This document shows, piece after piece, positions 16,188 through 23,038 of a stretch of 24,000 bases of DNA. Made by a program: the position numbers and the translations under genes. How positions within the stretch are numbered: position 1 is the stretch's first letter; every line of letters begins with the position of its first letter. This DNA comes from Alteracholeplasma palmae J233. Its GTDB lineage: Bacteria; Bacillota_I; Bacilli_A; Acholeplasmatales; Acholeplasmataceae. The notes under the pieces are model-generated. The model was not told where the DNA came from and ran no database searches. It saw nothing but the letters and a program-made list of their open reading frames with translations. The stretch spans positions 755,499 to 779,498 of the forward strand of contig NC_022538.1 in assembly GCF_000968055.1 (NCBI RefSeq), read 5' to 3'.

Positions 16188-17406
16188 ACAAGTCATTTAT
16201 AATGTAGGATGCTTGTTTTTTTGAAGAAATTTCATAGCACAGTGAACGTATTTTATTCTCATTAGGAAACTCTCTTGATATTAAGTAAATTAGTTCTGCA
16301 ACTTTATTTAAATCTCTAGTATTAAAATTATATCTAGCAATTTCTTGAGTTCCCAACCTTATTCCTGTTAATAACCTAGATTTTCTTTTATTTAGTGTTA
16401 TATTGAATTTTGTCGCATTAATATATAATATATCAGCCGTTTTCTCACTAGTTTCAATAAAAATTTGGTGTGTTTCACTATAAATATTTCTGTTAATTTT
16501 ACGTACAGTTAAACCTTTTTCTTCTAACAGTTTACCTAACAGGTTAGATGTCTCTATTATTTTATTTTGATAAGCTATTCCAATTTCTTTAAGTTCAATT
16601 AAAGCTAAAAAAAGTGAAGCAATATTATTAGGCTGAATATTTCTTAAATATGTTGGTGATATTGAAAAATCTATTTTTTCAATATAATCGTTGTTATTTG
16701 TCATAATTATCCCACAAGTTGGACCTGGGAGAGTCTTATGAGTTCCTCCAATAAGCAGTAAATTATCAACTAAATTCAAGGGGTTTTCTAATAGACCCGC
16801 ACCAATTAACCCCAAAGTTTGAGAGGCATCGTAAATAATTCCTTGATTAGAGGTTAATTTTATCTTTTTTATGTCTGGACTTTTTATTAAATCAGATTGG
16901 CATATAATAATAAATTCTATATCTTCATCTCTCAAAATCTGATTTAGAAGTGTATAGTCTATATCATAATTTACATAATCATATGGTATTGGTTTATAAT
17001 TAATCCCATAGTTTTCAAGTATTTTTGTTAAAGACGGATGCCCTCCCATATCTTTGGTTGTAATTAGTACTTTTTTTACATTTTTCAATAGGGACATTGC
17101 TAGTATAGAAAAACAATTCATTCCGGATAAGGTTCTACAATCAGTATATTTCACATTGTATATTTCTTTGCATATTCCAGATACTAGTTCCATTAACCGA
17201 TAAATATAGTCACTTCCAATGTTGTCTTTATCGATTATTCTTTTCTTATAACCTTGTATGTATTTACCTTCAAATTCTGATCGCAATCCTTGCTTAACAA
17301 AATCAGAAACATATGTTTCTGCAGCACATAATGGAATTTTAATATTATTGAACCTTGTATATTCTTTGTATAATTTTTTGAATTCATCTAGAAAACTAGT
17401 GCTCAT
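16177..17406 (-). CDS. Divergent serine-hydroxymethyltransferase-fold (fold-type I) PLP-dependent enzyme
   Basis: 'IPLCAAETYVSDFVKQGLRSEFEGKYIQGY' parallels SHMT 'LIASENxxSxxVxxAxGSxLTNKYAEGY'. 'LLLIGGTHKTLPGPTCGIIM' (nt 16721-16750, minus strand) parallels the SHMT PLP-lysine motif 'TTTTHKTLRGPRGG'. 'DMGGHPS' parallels 'SHGGHLTHG'. The canonical 'RYYGG' block is not recognisable. The SD lies inside the right IR arm. Confidence 0.7.
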   Translation of the reverse strand: MSTSFLDEFKKLYKEYTRFNNIKIPLCAAETYVSDFVKQGLRSEFEGKYIQGYKKRIIDKDNIGSDYIYRLMELVSGICKEIYNVKYTDCRTLSGMNCFSILAMSLLKNVKKVLITTKDMGGHPSLTKILENYGINYKPIPYDYVNYDIDYTLLNQILRDEDIEFIIICQSDLIKSPDIKKIKLTSNQGIIYDASQTLGLIGAGLLENPLNLVDNLLLIGGTHKTLPGPTCGIIMTNNNDYIEKIDFSISPTYLRNIQPNNIASLFLALIELKEIGIAYQNKIIETSNLLGKLLEEKGLTVRKINRNIYSETHQIFIETSEKTADILYINATKFNITLNKRKSRLLTGIRLGTQEIARYNFNTRDLNKVAELIYLISREFPNENKIRSLCYEISSKKQASYIINDLFME

Positions 17407-17409
17407 ACA

Positions 17410-17434
17410 TTCCCTCCAATAATTTGTTATTATT
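17410..17434 (-). repeat. Right arm of the perfect 25-bp inverted repeat (plus strand TTCCCTCCAATAATTTGTTATTATT) containing the SD of the 17406 gene
   Basis: This is the exact reverse complement of 14395-14419. It ends 3 nt before the ATG at 17406 on the minus strand. Confidence 0.9.
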
Positions 17435-17900
17435 AAGAGGAAACTTATTGAATTGATTATAGTTCCATTTGTCCTAAAGAATATATTGAAGTTGATCTCA
17501 AAAAGAATGACCGCAGATTAAAAGAATTATGTTCATATTAATGTAGAAAGTAGATATTTGCATTGGTTTAAGTAGAGTATCAAATTATTTTAGTATATCT
17601 AATTTATTAGGTTGATTAAAGTAGAAACTAATTATAGAGGATGATATTCTCAAACACCAAAGTGAAAAGTACTTCAGTTCTTTGTGATATAATAGAAATT
17701 AAGCTATCGGAGCACTTAGTAGAAGAAGGGTGAAAACATTAAAATTACTTGAGAATAAAATAGATACAACCAAAATGAAAAAGCCTTCATTTTTGATGGT
17801 CTTAACTGGAAGCAGTTATTCATATATAAGAGAAGGTGGTATATTAGTAGTCTCTATAGCATCATTAAAAGATTAAATATTATTATACTTAAATAGAAAA

Positions 17901-17929
17901 AAGGATATCTTCACATTTAAGATATCCTT
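17901..17929. terminator. Bidirectional rho-independent terminator
   Basis: An 11-bp stem, 'aaggatatctt' (17901-17911) paired with 'aagatatcctt' (17919-17929), has an A-run upstream and a T-run downstream. It lies just past the 3' end of the TetR gene. Confidence 0.7.
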
Positions 17930-17955
17930 TTGTAATATAAAGGTTATTTATAAAA

Positions 17956-18525
17956 TTATGCAAAGCTCTTAATAATAGATTCCAATAAATTATCAAGTTG
18001 TTCTTTACTAGCATAGAACTTAGGCTTAATTTGTGTATACATATCACACATTTGGAAAAATAATTCCATAGTAATAGAAGGTCTGATGAGTTTTGCTTCT
18101 AAACATGAGGTATATAATTTAATCATTGCAGGATATGAACCTTGATACAGGTTTAAAACATAATCTTTTATTTCTTTATTTAATCCAGAATAAACATATT
18201 CTTGAATCGATTCTTGGTAAGGATTTTCAGTAAAAGTATTAAAAGTAAACTTAAAGTAGTTCATGAGCTTATCATAGGCACTACAATCACTTTCTAAAAT
18301 TTTAACAACAGAACAAATCGCTTCATTGGCATGAAGTTTTAAAACCTCGGTTATTAAAATATCTTTACTTCCAAATATATTATAAATAGTTACTTGAGAG
18401 ACATGAGCTCTTTTTTTTATATCATCAATTGTAATATGATGAATACTTTTTTCTTTTAATAGTAACTTAGTAGCTTCTAAGATGTCATTTCTTTTTTTTA
18501 GCGTTCTTTCAATATGTTTTCCCAA
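17956..18525 (-). CDS. TetR/AcrR-family transcriptional regulator
   Basis: The HTH block is 'ITIDDIKKRAHVSQVTIYNIFGSKDILI'. I moved the start to the TTG at 18525 because GGAGG (rc of 18534-18538) lies 8 nt upstream of it. The ORF-track TTG at 18546 is upstream of that SD and has none of its own. Confidence 0.8.
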   Translation of the reverse strand: MGKHIERTLKKRNDILEATKLLLKEKSIHHITIDDIKKRAHVSQVTIYNIFGSKDILITEVLKLHANEAICSVVKILESDCSAYDKLMNYFKFTFNTFTENPYQESIQEYVYSGLNKEIKDYVLNLYQGSYPAMIKLYTSCLEAKLIRPSITMELFFQMCDMYTQIKPKFYASKEQLDNLLESIIKSFA

Positions 18526-18708
18526 TATAAACACCTCCGTTAACAATGTGAATTATAACATAAAAAAATAAATAAGTCTTTTAATATAGGCTTAAAGAAA
18601 TATGTAAAACAACTAAATCGTATTTATAATATGCTAATTATCTTCACATATTTGAATATAACTATAATAAAAGTTTTAATTGTGCTAAAATATATTTAGG
18701 TGAATCAA

Positions 18709-20448
18709 ATGTTAGAAGAAAAATTAAAAAATCTACCCCTTAACCCAGGTTGCTATCTAATGAAAAATAAGGATGGCTTGGTTATTTATGTAGGTAAAGC
18801 TAAAATATTAAAAAATAGAGTGAAAAGTTACTTTACTGGTTCACATAATAAAAAAACAGCTCTTTTAGTTTCTGAAATAGCTGATTTTTCATATGTAATG
18901 ACTAACAGTGAACAAGAATCACTTATTTTAGAAGCTAATTTAATTAAACAATATTCACCTAAGTATAATATTAGATTAATGGATGATAAAACGTATCCTT
19001 ATATTGAAATAACAAGTGAAAAAGATCCAATGTTAGTCGTTTCTAGATATAAAGAAGTTCCTAAAAATGCTATTTTATTTGGACCTTATCCTAACGCCAC
19101 AAGCGCTAAAGAAACAGTTAAACTTCTACATAAATTATACCCACTTAGAAGATGTAACCCAATTGCACCTAAACCATGTATTTATTATCATATTGGTCAA
19201 TGCTTAGGACCTTGTTGCCACAATGGTGAGATAGACTATAAACCGAATATAGAATCTATTACTAGATTTTTAAAAGGTGATAATAAAGACGCTTTAAAAA
19301 GACTTAAAATGCTCATGGAAAAGGCATCTGAAGAGTTATCATTTGAAATGGCTATTGAATATCGAGATATGATAGAACATGTTAAAACCACAACAGAAAA
19401 ACAAGTCATGCGTATTAATGACTTAAAAGACAGAGATTTTATAGCCTATACTCATAATGAGGATGATATTGCAATACACATTCTAAAAATGAGACAAGGA
19501 AGAATCTTAGATACGCATCAAAGTGTCTTTTCATATATTGGAGATATTAAAGAAAATGTTTTAACCTATTTAGTTCAGCATTATCAAATAGAACTGAAAC
19601 CAGAAGAACTGGTTGTAGGTGAAACTTGGGAAAATGATGATTTAGAAACATTGTTAGAAACTAAAATCTATATTCCTAAAAAAGGTGATAAGAAGAAGTT
19701 ATACAATTTAGCATTAGATAATGCTAAAGAGGATCTTCTAAAACATCACTTAGTCTATAGAGTAAAAGATGAACTCAAACAAGAAGGTATGAACCAATTA
19801 TCTAAAATATTTGAAAAAGAAATTCAGCATATAGAAGTATTTGATAACGCTCAATTATTTGGAGTTGCCCCAATTTCTGCGATGATTACTTATAAAAACT
19901 TAAAGTTTGATAAGAACTTATATCGTAAGTATCACATAAAAACGGCAGTTGAGGATGATTATCAATCATTTAAAGAAGTTATTTATAGAAGATATCAAAG
20001 ATTATTAATAGAAAATAAAACGATGCCAGATCTAATTTTAGTAGATGGTGGCATTGGACAATTAAACGCAGCTTTAGAGACTTTAAATAATCTAGGGTTA
20101 AATATTCCAATAGGCGGACTTAAAAAGAATAATAAGCACCAATTAGAAGCCCTAGTCATCCCTAATGAAACTATCTTCTTAGATAAAAAATCTGAATTAT
20201 TTAAATTATTATTAAGCTTAAGTGAGGAAATCCATAGATTTGCGATTACCTTCCATAAGAAAACAAGAACAAAACAAGCTAATCTATCCGTATTTGATAA
20301 AATACCTGGATTAGGTGAAAAAAGAAAAAAAGCATTATTACAAACTTTTTCTGGCATCGATGAAATTAAAAATGCTAGTATCAAGCAACTCACAGATATC
20401 GGCATACCAGAAGCAGTCGCAAATAATCTTAAAGAGGTGTTAAAGTGA
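18709..20448 (+). CDS. uvrC: Excinuclease ABC subunit C
   Basis: The GIY-YIG N-terminus is 'PGCYLMKNKDGLVIYVGKAKILKNRVKSYF...YNIRLMDDKTYPYI'. The Cys cluster is 'CNPIAPKPCIYYHIGQCLGPC'. A UVR domain, an endonuclease-V-like region and C-terminal (HhH)2 'IPGLGEKRKKALLQTF' follow. The ATG at 18709 is preferred over the GTG at 18700 because the SD 'aggtga' (18698-18703) lies 5 nt upstream. Confidence 0.9.
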   Translation: MLEEKLKNLPLNPGCYLMKNKDGLVIYVGKAKILKNRVKSYFTGSHNKKTALLVSEIADFSYVMTNSEQESLILEANLIKQYSPKYNIRLMDDKTYPYIEITSEKDPMLVVSRYKEVPKNAILFGPYPNATSAKETVKLLHKLYPLRRCNPIAPKPCIYYHIGQCLGPCCHNGEIDYKPNIESITRFLKGDNKDALKRLKMLMEKASEELSFEMAIEYRDMIEHVKTTTEKQVMRINDLKDRDFIAYTHNEDDIAIHILKMRQGRILDTHQSVFSYIGDIKENVLTYLVQHYQIELKPEELVVGETWENDDLETLLETKIYIPKKGDKKKLYNLALDNAKEDLLKHHLVYRVKDELKQEGMNQLSKIFEKEIQHIEVFDNAQLFGVAPISAMITYKNLKFDKNLYRKYHIKTAVEDDYQSFKEVIYRRYQRLLIENKTMPDLILVDGGIGQLNAALETLNNLGLNIPIGGLKKNNKHQLEALVIPNETIFLDKKSELFKLLLSLSEEIHRFAITFHKKTRTKQANLSVFDKIPGLGEKRKKALLQTFSGIDEIKNASIKQLTDIGIPEAVANNLKEVLK

Positions 20449-21278
20449 AATATCAAATTACAGAAGTTGACTATACAAATAAAGTATTTTATTGTATTGT
20501 TAATGGAAAAAAGGAAATGTTTTATCTACCTAATAGACTATCAAAAGTATTTATGGAACATTTAGAAGAAGGTATGTTTGCCTCTTTTACGGTCTTAGAA
20601 AAAAGAAAAAAACATTTAAATCAGTATGCGTATCAAATTTCATACTTCACACAAATAGTAAGTTATCATCCAAGAAAAAGAGTTTTATATGATTTAGAAA
20701 ACTTAAGATCTCAAATGAGACAAGTTGTCAAACAATACTCTCATTTCTTATTTATAGATTTTGAAATGACTATGCCACACTATCATCAAAAAGAGTTTAA
20801 ACCTGAATTAATTCAAACAGGTTATGTTTTAACGGATGCTGCTGGGAATACCATTTTAGAAGACGGATACTATATTCTGCCAGTTGAAAAAGAAAGTATT
20901 AATAAGCGAACTAAAAAATTCTTACAATTAGATGAAGATTTATTTTTTGAAAAAGCAGTACCATATGCTAACTTTTATGAAAAACTTAAAAAAATTATCA
21001 AAGACTATCGCCCTCAACTAGTTGTATGGGGTAAAAATGATATTACTGCTTTACAAGAATCATATGATTTGCATAAAGTAAAAAGAATTACAAATGATAA
21101 AAGTTTTATTGATTTATTAAAATTACACAAAGATTATTTTAATTTAAAAGATGATATTGGATTATTTAAAGCATATAAACTTTATTATGATAAAAATGAA
21201 TTTCAAGTTCATGATGCTAAAGTGGATGCTTCTGTAACAAAATATGTATTTGATGCATTTTTAAAACAAATGAAATAA
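20445..21278 (+). CDS. DEDDh 3'-5' exonuclease (KapD/ERI-1-like) with an extra ~95-aa N-terminal domain
   Basis: The GTG start overlaps the uvrC stop (GTGA), and the SD 'agaggtg' lies upstream. Exo I is 'FLFIDFEMT', Exo II 'VVWGKNDITAL' and Exo III 'HDAKVDA'. Confidence 0.7.
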   Translation: MKYQITEVDYTNKVFYCIVNGKKEMFYLPNRLSKVFMEHLEEGMFASFTVLEKRKKHLNQYAYQISYFTQIVSYHPRKRVLYDLENLRSQMRQVVKQYSHFLFIDFEMTMPHYHQKEFKPELIQTGYVLTDAAGNTILEDGYYILPVEKESINKRTKKFLQLDEDLFFEKAVPYANFYEKLKKIIKDYRPQLVVWGKNDITALQESYDLHKVKRITNDKSFIDLLKLHKDYFNLKDDIGLFKAYKLYYDKNEFQVHDAKVDASVTKYVFDAFLKQMK

Positions 21279-21295
21279 AAAGAAGGTATGAGCAT

Positions 21296-23038
21296 ATGCA
21301 GTTTATATTTAATAAAATGGAAAAATATAAAAAAAAGGTAATCGGGTTACTTATATTTAAAGTAATTGGGACTTTAACAGATTTAGCTATTCCTTATTTA
21401 ACTGCATATATGATTGACCAATTAATCCCAACTTCAAGTAAAGATGATATTACTAAAATCATCTTACTTGGTATTCTTATGTTACTGGTTGTATTATTTG
21501 GATGGTTTTTCAATATGAAAGCTAATCGTATGGCAGAATATGTTGCTGCTTACACAGTAAGAGACATCCGATATGAGCTTTTTTCTAAAATAGAAACATT
21601 ATCTGCTAAACAAGTAGACGAATTAACTCAAACTTCTTTAATCTCAAGAATGACAACAGATACTTATAATATCTATAGTGCAGTAGGGAGTATACAAAGA
21701 CTAGGTGTGAGAGCTCCTATTTTGTTTATAGGTGGAATTGTAGTTTCTTTCTTTTTAGATTGGGTTTTAGCACTTATCATGGTCGCAATGATTCCTTTTA
21801 TCATGTACTTTTCACTTAGAACATCTAAAATGGGAAGACCTTTATATACTGATATTCAAGTGAAAGTAGATAAATTAATTAGAACTTTACGTGAAAATAT
21901 AACAGGTGCTAGAGTAGTAAAAGCCTTATCGATGGTAGAACATGAAAATTATAAGTTTGATCTTAATAATAAAGAAGTAGTTGAAAGTGAACTAAAGGCT
22001 ACTAAGTCTATGTCTAAAATTAGACCATTAGTCGATGTTATTATGAATTTAGGATTAGTAGTTGTACTTATTATAGGTGCTTATAGAGTGTTTAATAGTC
22101 AAACAAAAGTAGGAGAAATACTCGCTTTTGTTACTTATTTCACCATTATTTTGAATGCAACAATGTCACTTACAAGAGTTTTTATTCAAATGTCAAAAGC
22201 AACCGCTTCTAGTCTTAGAATCATCGAAGTTCTAGACTTTAAAACAGATATGAAAAATGGAAATATGGAAGTTTTTGAAGTCAATGAAACACCACACATA
22301 GAGTTTTCACATGTTTATTTTTCATATAATCAAAAAGGTGATCATCTAGAAGACATTAACTTTAAATTATATAAAGGACAAACCCTAGGTATATTAGGGG
22401 CAACAGGTTCTGGTAAAACAACTATCATCAATCTTATTATGAGATTTTACGATCCTTATCAAGGTGAAATTAAAATGTTTGGTAAAAATCTTAAAGACCT
22501 TGACTTAAGTGCTTTAAGAAAAAGTATCGGACTTGTCTTACAAACAGATTTAATTTTATCTGATACAATTTATGAAAACATTCAATTTAGTAGAAAAGAT
22601 ATTTTACCAGAAGATATTGAATTAGCTAAAACAATCGCACAAGCTAATTTTATTGATGAAATGCCAGAAAAAAATTATGAAAAAATGACACAAAGAGGAA
22701 CTAATATCTCAGGTGGACAAAAACAAAGACTTTTAATCGCAAGAGCTGTTGCCGGCAAACCTAAACTGTTGATTTTAGATGATGCATCTAGTGCCCTTGA
22801 CTATCAAACAGATATGAATATGAGATTATCACTTAAAGAACATTTAAGTGAAACAACTAAAATTATAGTGGCACAAAGAATAAGCAGTATTAAAGAAGCT
22901 GACTTAATTTTAGTGATTGAAGATGGAAAAATTATTGCAAGTGGTACACACGAAACACTAGAACAAACTTCAGAACAGTATCAAAACATTATTAAACATC
23001 AACTAGGAGGTGAGTTAAATGAATCAACAAACCACTAG
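21296..23038 (+). CDS. ABC exporter half-transporter (fused TMD-NBD, multidrug/lipid exporter type)
   Basis: A six-helix ABC_membrane region is followed by Walker A 'GATGSGKTT', the signature 'ISGGQKQRLLIARA' and Walker B 'LLILDDASSALD'. Confidence 0.85.
   Translation: MQFIFNKMEKYKKKVIGLLIFKVIGTLTDLAIPYLTAYMIDQLIPTSSKDDITKIILLGILMLLVVLFGWFFNMKANRMAEYVAAYTVRDIRYELFSKIETLSAKQVDELTQTSLISRMTTDTYNIYSAVGSIQRLGVRAPILFIGGIVVSFFLDWVLALIMVAMIPFIMYFSLRTSKMGRPLYTDIQVKVDKLIRTLRENITGARVVKALSMVEHENYKFDLNNKEVVESELKATKSMSKIRPLVDVIMNLGLVVVLIIGAYRVFNSQTKVGEILAFVTYFTIILNATMSLTRVFIQMSKATASSLRIIEVLDFKTDMKNGNMEVFEVNETPHIEFSHVYFSYNQKGDHLEDINFKLYKGQTLGILGATGSGKTTIINLIMRFYDPYQGEIKMFGKNLKDLDLSALRKSIGLVLQTDLILSDTIYENIQFSRKDILPEDIELAKTIAQANFIDEMPEKNYEKMTQRGTNISGGQKQRLLIARAVAGKPKLLILDDASSALDYQTDMNMRLSLKEHLSETTKIIVAQRISSIKEADLILVIEDGKIIASGTHETLEQTSEQYQNIIKHQLGGELNESTNH

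Noticed and set aside
16177-17406. Calling the 409-aa PLP enzyme housekeeping glyA.
   Set aside because: The SHMT fold and PLP-Lys motif are present, but the conserved 'PGxRYYGG' and 'SGSxAN' blocks are not recognisable, and the gene sits in a recombinase/IR-bracketed cassette. I left it as SHMT-like with no gene symbol. Proof needs a profile search and a check for another glyA in the genome.
13394-17955. The integrase region as a prophage, ICE or IS element.
   Set aside because: There are no phage structural, conjugation or transposase genes, no tRNA target, and no convincing direct repeats at the borders. The only flank match I saw, 'ttatttataa' at ~13381 and ~17944, is a 10-nt AT-only string of no significance. 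The recombinase looks Xer-like rather than phage-integrase-like.
18526-18546. Upstream alternative starts proposed by the ORF track: TetR TTG 18546, uvrC GTG 18700 and the DUF1295-like TTG 12551.
   Set aside because: In each case the SD lies downstream of, or overlaps, the proposed start and is correctly spaced (5-8 nt) for an internal ATG or TTG. I shortened the features accordingly.
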